Positions 8,074 to 16,813 are shown, counted from the first letter of the stretch. The stretch is 64,000 nt of DNA from Acidimicrobiia bacterium (GCA_009842675.1 VYEX01000062.1:15218-79217); one strand, 5' to 3'. A program made the numbers and translations. Notes: generated by a model not told the origin, from the letters alone.

Positions 8074-9575
8074 TGGTTGACACCGTAATTGTTGGGGGAG
8101 GTTCGGCGGGATCGGTCTTGGCGTCCCGGTTGTCGGAGGATCCGGCCCGCAAAGTCCTGCTGCTGGAAGCCGGACCAGACCATGGGGACCACCTGCCGCC
8201 GGAATTGGCTGACATCACGGTCTCTTCTCATCCCCAGCATGATTGGGGCGATGTAGTCCGTCTTCCCGGTGGGAGGACTCAGCCCTATCCCCGGGGGCGA
8301 GTGCTGGGGGGCAGCTCTTCGGTCAATGGCGGGATTGCCGTGCGGGCCATGCCCGCAGACTTTGACTCCTGGGGCTTCGCCGAATGGCGGTGGGAGGCGC
8401 TGCTGGACTGCTTCAGACGATTGGAGACCGACCTAGATGGAGAAGAGCAATGGCATGGCCGCGATGGCCCGTTACCCATTGAGCGCACTCCCGAATCGGA
8501 GCTAAACCCAGTCCACGCAGTGTTCTACGAGGCGTGCGAGGCGGCTGGCTACCGGTACGTTGCCGATCACAACGCCCCGAATTCCCACGGCGCCGGGCCG
8601 CTGCCCCGCAATCGACAAGGGCTGCGACGAGTGTCAGCGGCCGATGCCTATTTGACCGCTGAAGTCCGAAGTCGCCCGAATCTGGACGTACGAGGGCATT
8701 GCCTGGCCACAGCAGTTCGCTGGCGGGGCAATCGAGCCGTCGGCGTGGACGCGCTGTGCGACGGCCGAGGCGAGTCAATATCCGCTGGTGAGGTGATCGT
8801 GGCTGCCGGCGTTATCCAATCGCCCATGCTGCTATGGCGCTCCGGTATAGGGCCGGCATCGGAGCTGACCGGGTTGGGGGTCGACATCGTGGCCGACCGC
8901 CCCGGGGTGGGAGGGAACTTCTCCGATCATCCGGCCATCTACCTGTTCGCGGCGCCCAAGCCGGGAATGGTGTCTCCTGAAGACGTCACCATCCAGACGT
9001 TGCTGCGATTCACCAGCTCGTCGGGCCCGGCCAATGATCTCCAGCTGTTTCCCGTCGGAGTAATCGATCTCTCTTCCAGCCCTCGACGTCGAGCCGAAGC
9101 CGGAGGTTCGGATGCCGTTTTTGCCTTCAACGCGGCTCTGCAACGGGTGGAGATCAGAGGATCAGTTCACCCGATGTCGCTTGACCCGGCCGAGCCTCCG
9201 ACAATCACCTATCCGTTCCTAGCCCACAAGCCCGATCTGGAGAGGCTGGTTGAAGCCTTTGAGCTCGGTTTGGAGTTGTTGATGTCACCCTCGTACCAGA
9301 AAGTGGCAGACGGCCCGCTGTTTCTGCCGGATCGGCTTGCTCCTGACGATCTGCTGGCCCACGTATTCGCCCACCATGTGGCCTTCTACCACGGTGCTGG
9401 CACCTGCGCCATGGGCGCACCTGACGATCCCGCCGCCGTAGTCGGCCCCGATGGCCGGGTTTGGGAGACAGAAGGGTTGAGGGTTTGCGACGCCTCGATC
9501 ATGCCGGAAACTCCCAGAGCCAACACCAACCTGAACGTCATCGCCATGGCCGAGCGAATGGTTGAACTGATCTAA
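8073..9575 (+). CDS. GMC-family FAD oxidoreductase (choline dehydrogenase-like)
   Basis: N-terminal VIVGGGSAGSVLASRLSEDP...LLLEAGP FAD fingerprint. C-terminal GTCAMG...LRVCDASIMP. The GTG start overlaps the upstream TAG (TAGTG). Confidence 0.85.
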   Translation: MVDTVIVGGGSAGSVLASRLSEDPARKVLLLEAGPDHGDHLPPELADITVSSHPQHDWGDVVRLPGGRTQPYPRGRVLGGSSSVNGGIAVRAMPADFDSWGFAEWRWEALLDCFRRLETDLDGEEQWHGRDGPLPIERTPESELNPVHAVFYEACEAAGYRYVADHNAPNSHGAGPLPRNRQGLRRVSAADAYLTAEVRSRPNLDVRGHCLATAVRWRGNRAVGVDALCDGRGESISAGEVIVAAGVIQSPMLLWRSGIGPASELTGLGVDIVADRPGVGGNFSDHPAIYLFAAPKPGMVSPEDVTIQTLLRFTSSSGPANDLQLFPVGVIDLSSSPRRRAEAGGSDAVFAFNAALQRVEIRGSVHPMSLDPAEPPTITYPFLAHKPDLERLVEAFELGLELLMSPSYQKVADGPLFLPDRLAPDDLLAHVFAHHVAFYHGAGTCAMGAPDDPAAVVGPDGRVWETEGLRVCDASIMPETPRANTNLNVIAMAERMVELI

Positions 9576-9588
9576 CGGAGAATCGCCG

Positions 9589-10722
9589 TCACGCCGCGGT
9601 GAGGGTTAGCCCCAAGATCTGTTCGGGAGGGGTGAAGCTGAGGCCCAGTGATTGGGCCACTGCCGGCTCGGTTACCTGCCCCTGGCACACCGACAGGCCA
9701 GCTCGGAGTCCGGGATCGGCGCTCATAGCCTCCCTGGGGCCGAGTTCGGCCAGCATCGTTATGTAGGGAAGGGTGGCGTTTTCCAAGGCGAACGTGGAAG
9801 TGCGAGGGACGGCGCCGGGCATGTTGGCCACGCAGTAATGGACCACGTCGTAGGCCAGATACGTGGGATTGGCATGGGTCGTGGGCCGTGAGGTCTCAAT
9901 ACAGCCCCCCTGATCGATGGCCACGTCCACCACGGCCGACCGGGGTCGCATCTGCTTGACCATGCCGGTGGTAACCAGGTGCGGGGCGCGGGCGCCTCGA
10001 ACCAGGACTGCCCCGATGACCAAATCGGCCCCCAGGACCGCCTCCTCCAGGGCGCCACCACTGGAGTGCAAAGTGTGCAGAGCGGAGCCGTATCGCGAGC
10101 TCAAATCCTCCAATACGGCAACGTCTCGGTCGATCACCGTCACGTCGGCACCGAGGCCAACGGCCATCTGCACTGCGTTCCGGCCGACCACGCCGCCGCC
10201 AAGGATGACCACCTTGGCGGGGGCAACGCCGGGCACACCACCAAGAAGCACCCCACGTCCGCCTTGTGAGGACTCCAGGCAATGGGCCCCGGCCTGGATC
10301 GACATCCGACCGGCAACCTGGGACATTGGGGCCAGCAGCGGAAGTCCGCCGTTGGGGCCCACCACTGATTCGTAGGCGATGGCGGTCACACCCTGGGCAA
10401 CCAGCTCGGCTGTCTGGACTGCGTCCGCGGCCAGATGCAGATAGGTGAAAAGAACCTGGTTCTCGTCGAGTCGGGCCCGCTCCTCGGCCTGGGGTTCCTT
10501 CACCTTCACGATCATTTCGGCCCAGCTGAACACCTCTTCAGCGGAATCAGCGATGACCGCGCCGTGGGAGGCGTACTCCTCGTCGGCAAATCCCGCCCCT
10601 GAACCGCAGCCCCGCTCAACGAGCACCGTGTGGCCCCTCTTCACGAGTTCAGTGGCCCCGCCGGGCGTCAATGCCACTCTTCGCTCTTCGTTCTTGATTT
10701 CCTTGGGAACCCCGATGCGCAT
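9589..10722 (-). CDS. ald: alanine dehydrogenase
   Basis: MRIGVPKEIKNEERRVALTP..., VVILGGGVVGRNA NAD fingerprint, about 377 aa. The start is taken at the internal ATG (MRIGVPKE) rather than 10740. Confidence 0.85.
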   Translation of the reverse strand: MRIGVPKEIKNEERRVALTPGGATELVKRGHTVLVERGCGSGAGFADEEYASHGAVIADSAEEVFSWAEMIVKVKEPQAEERARLDENQVLFTYLHLAADAVQTAELVAQGVTAIAYESVVGPNGGLPLLAPMSQVAGRMSIQAGAHCLESSQGGRGVLLGGVPGVAPAKVVILGGGVVGRNAVQMAVGLGADVTVIDRDVAVLEDLSSRYGSALHTLHSSGGALEEAVLGADLVIGAVLVRGARAPHLVTTGMVKQMRPRSAVVDVAIDQGGCIETSRPTTHANPTYLAYDVVHYCVANMPGAVPRTSTFALENATLPYITMLAELGPREAMSADPGLRAGLSVCQGQVTEPAVAQSLGLSFTPPEQILGLTLTAA

Positions 10723-10907
10723 TGAATGCCTCCGCCACAAATCGATGGCTACGAGGATATTTTACCCGCGATAGTGGTGAATAAATCTTGAATCTTTGCT
10801 GTGAAAGCACCAGGAGGCGAAACTTTTGTTCGCAAAGCCACCCAAAATCGCGTATTTTGTGTGTTGCCTCATTTTGATTCACACGTAGCTTCTGAGGAGT
10901 AAGACCA

Positions 10908-11369
10908 GTGACGGAATTGGATCCAATCGATCGATCGATCCTCAACGAACTCCAGACCGATGCTCGCATGTCCAACGTGGAACTTGCCGATCGAGTGGGC
11001 TTATCGCCCTCGGCCTGCTATCGGAGGGTCCGTCGACTGGAAGCTGAAGGGGTGATCGCCGGCTACGTGATGATCGTCAACCCTGAAGCCATCAACCGCT
11101 CTCTGGACGTATTCGTCGAGATCTCCTTGGTAAGCCAGAGCGAAGCCAATCTGCGTCAATTCGAGAAGGAGGTCGTGGAATGCCCAGAGGTTATGTCCTG
11201 CCATCTGATGGCTGGCGATGCCGACTACCTCCTCCACCTGGCCGTGGCCGATCAGCGGGACTTTGAGCGGATCCACAACCAATACCTGTCGCGTTTCAGC
11301 GGAGTAGGTCGCCTCCGGTCCAGCTTTGCCATCCGCTCTGTATGGGAGACCACCCGCCACGAGCTCTAG
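10908..11369 (+). CDS. Lrp/AsnC-family transcriptional regulator
   Basis: DPIDRSILNELQTDARMSNVELADRVGLSPSACYRRVRRLEAEGVI HTH followed by a RAM-type domain. Divergent from ald, as with the mycobacterial aldR-ald pair. Confidence 0.85.
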   Translation: MTELDPIDRSILNELQTDARMSNVELADRVGLSPSACYRRVRRLEAEGVIAGYVMIVNPEAINRSLDVFVEISLVSQSEANLRQFEKEVVECPEVMSCHLMAGDADYLLHLAVADQRDFERIHNQYLSRFSGVGRLRSSFAIRSVWETTRHEL

Positions 11370-11378
11370 CTTTGAGTC

Positions 11379-12362
11379 ATGACCACTGCCGCCCAGCACA
11401 CCTACGACTCCTACGAAGATTTGGTGGAGGACTATTTCGAGAGGGGATGGACAGATGGTCTTCCCGTCATGCCCCCCACGCCCGACAAGGTGACCGCATT
11501 TCTTGATGGCGCCGGGCTCTCCGGGGACGAAGTGCTGGGAACAGTTCCCACCCGGGAGGTGACGTGTACCGCGGAGCAGGCGGCGGCAAACGCAGTCATG
11601 GCTGGTTGCCTGCCCGAGTATTTCCCAACAGTGGTGGCCGCGGTTCGAGCTCATCTCCATCCCAAGGGCAACTGCCACTCGACCACCGGAACACTGTCGG
11701 GCGCCGCTCAGGCGGTCATCATCAACGGACCCGTCCGAAACGAGCTCGGCGTAGCCTCAGGGGCCGGCTGCTTCGGACCCGGATTCAGGGCCAACGCCAC
11801 CATAGGCCGGGCGCTGCGCTTAGTGATTCGCAACGTGTGCCGGGGGATTCCCGGTTTCTTGGACCGGGCCAGCTTTTCCACCCCGGCTCGCTACACCTTC
11901 TGCTTCGGGGAGAACGAAGAGGTCTCCGACTGGGAGCCACTGCACGTTCAACGGGGCCTGTCTCCCGAGCAAAGTGGGGTAACTGTCCACTCCCTGATGA
12001 AGATGGTCGAGGCCACCGATTTCACCAGCCGCACCGCCGAGGCAGTGTGCGAGACCCTGGTGCGCGACATCCGGGCCAATGGAGTCGCGGGCGATTCCTG
12101 GCTAGGAGAGGACGGCAACTTAGTCATCGTGATCGGCCATGAGCATCATCGGTTCTTTCTCGAAGAGGGATGGTCTAAGGCCGACATACAGCAATACCTA
12201 TGGCCCCGGCTCAATGCCCCCGCCACCAGCGCCACCGACCGGATGGCCCGTATCGGCAAGCCCGAGGGCATCCTCATCGTGGCTGCCGGTGGAGCAGGCA
12301 TGGGGGCAAGCTGGCTATTACTACCCCACCTGGCCCTCGCCATCACCGAACCAATTCTGTGA
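11379..12362 (+). CDS. conserved hypothetical protein (GWTDGLPVMPPT motif)
   Basis: 327-aa ORF with strong GC3 bias. No family recognised. Lies between the Lrp regulator gene and the TGA-containing gene on the same strand. Confidence 0.6.
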   Translation: MTTAAQHTYDSYEDLVEDYFERGWTDGLPVMPPTPDKVTAFLDGAGLSGDEVLGTVPTREVTCTAEQAAANAVMAGCLPEYFPTVVAAVRAHLHPKGNCHSTTGTLSGAAQAVIINGPVRNELGVASGAGCFGPGFRANATIGRALRLVIRNVCRGIPGFLDRASFSTPARYTFCFGENEEVSDWEPLHVQRGLSPEQSGVTVHSLMKMVEATDFTSRTAEAVCETLVRDIRANGVAGDSWLGEDGNLVIVIGHEHHRFFLEEGWSKADIQQYLWPRLNAPATSATDRMARIGKPEGILIVAAGGAGMGASWLLLPHLALAITEPIL

Positions 12363-12386
12363 AGAAGAACAGGCTAGGGTAAGGAC

Positions 12387-12935
12387 ATGACTGCCCTTAT
12401 CGGCCTCGACCCAACTTCGGGCCCGTTCGACCGTACTGACGATCACGAATTCTCTCCCCGGCCAGCCAGTCTGGACGGAGCAGTGGTCGCTTTGGTAGCT
12501 AATGGCCTCGGCGAGGGGGAGATCTTCCTGGATGCCCTCTACGACGAGCTGACCAAGCTGAGCGATCCTCTAGCCCCGCTCAAGGTGGTCAAGAGCTCGG
12601 TGTCGATAGCCCCTGATCCCGGTGATTGGAGCAGGCTCACTGAGGAGGCAACAGTCGCGATAACCGGCTTTGGCGGTTGAGGCAGCTGTAGTGCCCGCAG
12701 TTTGCGGGACGCAGTGGAGCTCGAGTGGGCCGGTGTCCCCAGTGTCGCCATCGTCCACGAGGAGATGAGGGGCTCAGCCCAGGCAATCGCCCGAGTGAGC
12801 GGATGCCCAGACTATGAGTTTCTTGCCGCCAATTACCCGTGGACCCCCACCGCTATCTGGTCCAAGGAGGAGTGCCTCGAGTTGGCCGAGATCATGGCCC
12901 CCAAGGTCTTGGCCGCATTGACTGGCCAGAGCTAA
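12387..12935 (+). CDS. candidate selenoprotein with a U-G-S-C (UxxC) motif; in-frame TGA at 12678-12680
   Basis: ORFs 12387-12680 and 12702-12935 are in the same frame and separated by only one TGA (...ITGFGG-TGA-GSCSARSLRD...). The downstream part has no ATG or GTG start and no SD. A hairpin follows the TGA. The joined product is 182 aa with Sec at residue 98. Confidence 0.6.
12685..12715 (+). promoter_or_regulatory. SECIS-like mRNA hairpin
   Basis: 13 pairs including two G-U. Upper stem 12694-12699 pairs with 12703-12708 (cccgca/tgcggg) with loop GUU. Lower stem 12685-12692 pairs with 12709-12715. Single-nucleotide bulges at A12690 and G12693. The hairpin starts 5 nt after the UGA. Confidence 0.45.
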
Positions 12936-12938
12936 CAG

Positions 12939-14315
12939 CTACTCCGCCAAGTCGGAGCTCGCTGAGGAAATAGCAGCAGCACCAATAACGCCGACGGCGG
13001 CTACTGCCGCGCCCAACCAAAATGCGCTGGCAAAGGCTGCTCCGGTGACGTTCTCTCCCACGGCCAGTACCAGTACCTGGACGCCAGCGGCAGTACCCAG
13101 GCTGGTCAGTGTCTGGAACATCCCAGTTGCCGCCCCGAGGCGGTCCATCGGCACTGCTCCCACGACCGAAACCTGATAAGCCGGCCCGGCCACCCCTAGC
13201 CCTCCGCCAGCCAGCGCTAGACCCAGGATCACCAGCACTACGGCGTCGACCAGCGATCCCGCCGCGAAGGACACCATGGCCAAGACCACCAGCGCGCTAC
13301 CCAAACAGGAAGTCCATCGTTCGCCCCGGGTAGCAGCCAGCCGGCCGCCCACCGGAGAGCTGAGGCTGAAGAAGACCAGGCGAACTACTAGAAACACCGT
13401 GGCGGCAGTCAGGGTGTACCCATAGCGCTCTTGCAAGAGTTGGGGCGCGAGGATGAATCCGCCCATATAGGCCGCATTGGCCGTGGCTGAGGCCACAACC
13501 GGCCCGGCATAGTTGCGGCGGCGGAACCACTCAAGCGGGACCATCGGGTGGGCCGTACGTCGTTCGATGGCCACGAATGTCCAGATGGTTGCCGGAACGA
13601 GGGCCAACAGCGCCAATGCAACCGGGTGCTCGAAACCCAGGTTGGCGCCTCGGTCCAGAGCCACCATCAATACGACTACCGCGGCAACCAAGCTGAGCGC
13701 GCCGGCCACGTCGACCGGCTTGGCTTCGCCGGCGCGAGAAGGACGAACAACGAAAATCGCAGCAATCAAGCCGATTGCGGCAATGGGGGTGTAGACGGCG
13801 AAGATTGCCCGCCAGCCCAGCGCATCCACCAACGCGCCGCCAGTCACCAACCCGATGGCCGGTCCTCCAACGGCCGCGAATTGGAACCAGCCCATGGCCC
13901 TAGCCCGCTGATTGACCGGGAACGCAGCCATCATTATCGCCATCCCGTTGGGAATCATCATGGCTCCGCCCAGCCCTACCAACGCCCGAAACCCGATAAA
14001 GCTGAGGGCATCCCAGGCCAGTCCGCACACTCCTGTGGCTGCGGTGAAGACGGTCAAACCGAGGATCAGCATCCGCCGGTGCCCCCATAAGTCGCCCAGG
14101 GTGCCGAATACCGTTGTCCCCGCGGCGAGACCTAGGAACGGGGCAGAGACCGCCCACGACAACGTGGCGTTTGTGGTACCCAGGCTCTCCGAGATGTCCG
14201 AAAGAGAGGCTCCAATGATGGTCATGGTGGAGCCGAACACCACCTGACCCGCCAACAGGGTTACCAGCAGCCTCCAGGCGTAAGCCGCATCATGTGGAGT
14301 TGTTGAAGTGCTCAG
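12939..14315 (-). CDS. MFS transporter (DHA2/EmrB-like, 14-TM type); the N-terminus probably starts at a CTG
   Basis: Polytopic. LGDLWGHRRMLILGL-type motif A region. The first canonical start (TTG 14255) cuts TM1. The frame is open upstream to CTG at 14315, which overlaps the cupin stop (CTGA). Confidence 0.75.
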   Translation of the reverse strand: MSTSTTPHDAAYAWRLLVTLLAGQVVFGSTMTIIGASLSDISESLGTTNATLSWAVSAPFLGLAAGTTVFGTLGDLWGHRRMLILGLTVFTAATGVCGLAWDALSFIGFRALVGLGGAMMIPNGMAIMMAAFPVNQRARAMGWFQFAAVGGPAIGLVTGGALVDALGWRAIFAVYTPIAAIGLIAAIFVVRPSRAGEAKPVDVAGALSLVAAVVVLMVALDRGANLGFEHPVALALLALVPATIWTFVAIERRTAHPMVPLEWFRRRNYAGPVVASATANAAYMGGFILAPQLLQERYGYTLTAATVFLVVRLVFFSLSSPVGGRLAATRGERWTSCLGSALVVLAMVSFAAGSLVDAVVLVILGLALAGGGLGVAGPAYQVSVVGAVPMDRLGAATGMFQTLTSLGTAAGVQVLVLAVGENVTGAAFASAFWLGAAVAAVGVIGAAAISSASSDLAE

Positions 14316-14632
14316 TCTTTTAGCTCAATCAGGACTTCGTAATAGGGCTTGGAGCCGGTGTTTACTGCGGTCTCTATGCCGCCTTTGGAGATGAACATGG
14401 ACTGACCGGGAATCACGTCGCCCTCCACAAGGCCTGAGAACTCCCCTGTGGTGTCGGGCTCGAAGTCTCCTGCGATCTTGTCGCCGGTAACCTGGACCAG
14501 CACGTAGTCGAGATCGTGCTGGTGAAGATCAGACCGCTCGCCAGGGTCCAGGCGCATTTCCCAGATACGCACCCGGTCGTTTTCCATCAGCAGTTTGGTG
14601 GCCACGTCACCGAATACCCGTTCTTCGCTCAT
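14312..14632 (-). CDS. cupin-domain protein
   Basis: 106 aa with a small beta-barrel signature (RIWEMRLDPGERSDLHQHDLDYVLVQVTG). Confidence 0.6.
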   Translation of the reverse strand: MSEERVFGDVATKLLMENDRVRIWEMRLDPGERSDLHQHDLDYVLVQVTGDKIAGDFEPDTTGEFSGLVEGDVIPGQSMFISKGGIETAVNTGSKPYYEVLIELKD

Positions 14633-14654
14633 ACCCGCATCGTAGGCTCACGGA

Positions 14655-15434
14655 ATGGCCAGTGCAGAGCCACCTGGAGTGCGGTATGCCATGTCGGAGA
14701 TCGGCGAGGAAGGGGAAGGACCGCGCCTGGCCATGTTGGAGGCCATCCTCGATGAACCCACATTTGACCGGCTGAAACAAACCGGCGTGGGCCGCGGTTG
14801 GCGGTGCGCCGACGTAGGCGCCGGACGGGGGTCAGTGTCGAAATGGCTGCGAAATCGGGGGGCTGAGGTTGTTTCGGCCGACATCATGCCCCGCTTCTTG
14901 AGCGGTCCCGACGTTCGCACCCATGACATTTGCGATGGCCCAGTGGAGGATTCAGCTTTCGACTTGGTGCACTGCCGGGCCCTGCTGGCCCACGTGGCCG
15001 ACTTCGATGGCGCCGTCGATAATTTGGTGGCCTCGGCCCGCCCAGGAGGATGGGTCATGGCCGCTGAACCCGACTACGGGACCATGGTGGAGTGCGAACC
15101 CGATCATCCCCGGGCCGAGGTATTTCGCCGCTTCCGTGAACGGTCGGCTGCTGGTACCAGGATGGACGCCTTCGTAGGCCGCCGCATCCACGAGGTGCTC
15201 GGCGCCCGTCTAGATGATGTGTCCTCAGAGGGACTGACCGACATCGTGAGCGGCGGGTCTCTGCGCGCTCGATACCGCCGCTTCACCATGGAAGTTGCCC
15301 GGCCCCTTAGCGCCCGACGCGACGACTACGACGAAGCTGAATACGATGAGCTGCTGGCTTGCTTCGACGATCCCACATTCCGCTACATCGACTGTCTTTG
15401 GGTAGCCGTTTGGGGAAAGCGACCGGAGGGTTAG
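14655..15434 (+). CDS. class I SAM-dependent methyltransferase
   Basis: Motif I CADVGAGRGSVSKWL and the following acidic loop VVSADI. Confidence 0.7.
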   Translation: MASAEPPGVRYAMSEIGEEGEGPRLAMLEAILDEPTFDRLKQTGVGRGWRCADVGAGRGSVSKWLRNRGAEVVSADIMPRFLSGPDVRTHDICDGPVEDSAFDLVHCRALLAHVADFDGAVDNLVASARPGGWVMAAEPDYGTMVECEPDHPRAEVFRRFRERSAAGTRMDAFVGRRIHEVLGARLDDVSSEGLTDIVSGGSLRARYRRFTMEVARPLSARRDDYDEAEYDELLACFDDPTFRYIDCLWVAVWGKRPEG

Positions 15435-15454
15435 CGGCGTGCTAAGCCATCGGG

Positions 15455-16813
15455 ATGGCTGAGGAGTTCAAACACGACCTACCCGACGGGATGACCGACT
15501 GGATTGCTGAGGCGGGGGGAGGGGGCATCACCCGCTTGGAGCGCCACATCGCTCGGCGCGAAGCATGGGTGGTGGATGTGACCCGACCCGACGGATCGGT
15601 AGCCGAGTACTTCTTGCGCTTGGATCGCGAAGGGGACGGCAGTGGCACCCACTCGGTGAAGAGCGAAGCCAAGGTTCAGACCGCACTGGTCGAGACTGGC
15701 ATGAAGGTTCCCGCCATTTGCGCTTGGAGTGAGGATCTTCAGGCTGCGTTGCATGAGCGGATGCCGGGACGGGCCGATTTGGACAACGCCGAACCCGACG
15801 AGCAGGCCGCGGTGCTAGAGGACTTCATCCAGCAGTTGGTTCTGCTTCACTCGCTGGATCCCGACTCGCTGGGGCTCGACCACATGCCCATTCCCGCCAC
15901 ATCGGCCGAGTGCGCGTTGGGCGAGATCGACTTCGTGGAGCAGTTCCTCGGCGGCATGGTGACTGACCCGCTGTATACGTATTCGCTTCAATGGATTCGG
16001 AACCATGTTCCCGAGCACCTTGACCGAGTAAGCCTCTTGCAGGGCGATACCGGGCCAGCCAATTTCATGTTCCACGAAGGGCAGGTGAGCGCCATAGTCG
16101 ACTGGGAGTGGGCCCACTTCGGAGATCCCATGGAGGACTTTGGCAATATCTGCACCCGGGAGTTCTACTGCCCTTCGACTCCCGATGAAGGTCTCGCTCC
16201 AATGTTTCGCCGGTACGAGGAGTTGTCCGGGTTTCCCGTTCACCTCGACTCGGTTCGCTACTACCGGGTGCAGCAGTTTGTGCGGTCCATCGTGTCGCTG
16301 GCCCGCATTACCGCCATCAACGACCCCCAAATGCCCAATGCCATGAATTGGGCCTATCGCTACATCTGCGAACGGGCTACCTGTGAAGCGCTGGCCGACG
16401 CTATGGGCATCGAGTTGGAACGTCCCGAGCTGCCCGAGATAGAGATGGCCAGTTCTCTTGAAGGGGTGGTCGTCCAAAACCTGCGCGATGAGGTGCTGCC
16501 CGCCGTCGACGGTGACTATCCCCTCCATCGGCTCGAGCACGCCACGCTGCTGGTGGAGTGCTTGGACCGCCAGAAGCAACTCGGCCCCGATCTTGCCAGC
16601 ATTGAGTTGGACGAGATCGCCGCGCTTACCGGCCGACGGGCCGACAGCCTTGATGACGGATTGATGGAGCTAGACCACGCAATCCAAGGTTGGGGTACAG
16701 AAAATGAATCTGAGGTGCTCCGCTATCTGGCTCGGCGAGCTTGGCGGCTGGAGTACCTGTGGAAGCCGGTGGTGGACCTGTTCCCCGACCGCAAGTTCTC
16801 AAGAATCGACTAG
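15455..16813 (+). CDS. phosphotransferase (APH/choline-kinase fold) family protein
   Basis: LLQGDTGPANFMF (catalytic loop) and IVDWEWAHFGDPMEDF (DxD-type metal loop). Confidence 0.75.
   Translation: MAEEFKHDLPDGMTDWIAEAGGGGITRLERHIARREAWVVDVTRPDGSVAEYFLRLDREGDGSGTHSVKSEAKVQTALVETGMKVPAICAWSEDLQAALHERMPGRADLDNAEPDEQAAVLEDFIQQLVLLHSLDPDSLGLDHMPIPATSAECALGEIDFVEQFLGGMVTDPLYTYSLQWIRNHVPEHLDRVSLLQGDTGPANFMFHEGQVSAIVDWEWAHFGDPMEDFGNICTREFYCPSTPDEGLAPMFRRYEELSGFPVHLDSVRYYRVQQFVRSIVSLARITAINDPQMPNAMNWAYRYICERATCEALADAMGIELERPELPEIEMASSLEGVVVQNLRDEVLPAVDGDYPLHRLEHATLLVECLDRQKQLGPDLASIELDEIAALTGRRADSLDDGLMELDHAIQGWGTENESEVLRYLARRAWRLEYLWKPVVDLFPDRKFSRID

Noticed and set aside
12360-12389. Read-through from gene 11379-12362 into gene 12387, which is in the same frame.
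   Set aside because: After the TGA at 12360-12362 there is a second in-frame stop (TAG) before the ATG at 12387. These are therefore separate genes, unlike the single-TGA junction at 12678.
15815-16579. 254-aa minus-strand ORF. Similar long ORFs occur at 7219-7956, 24303-25043, 30420-31208 and 31209-31997.
   Set aside because: All are antisense to genes with clear family motifs (kinase, crotonase, DUF1214-like, ICL) and have Gly/Arg/His/Val-rich antisense-type composition.
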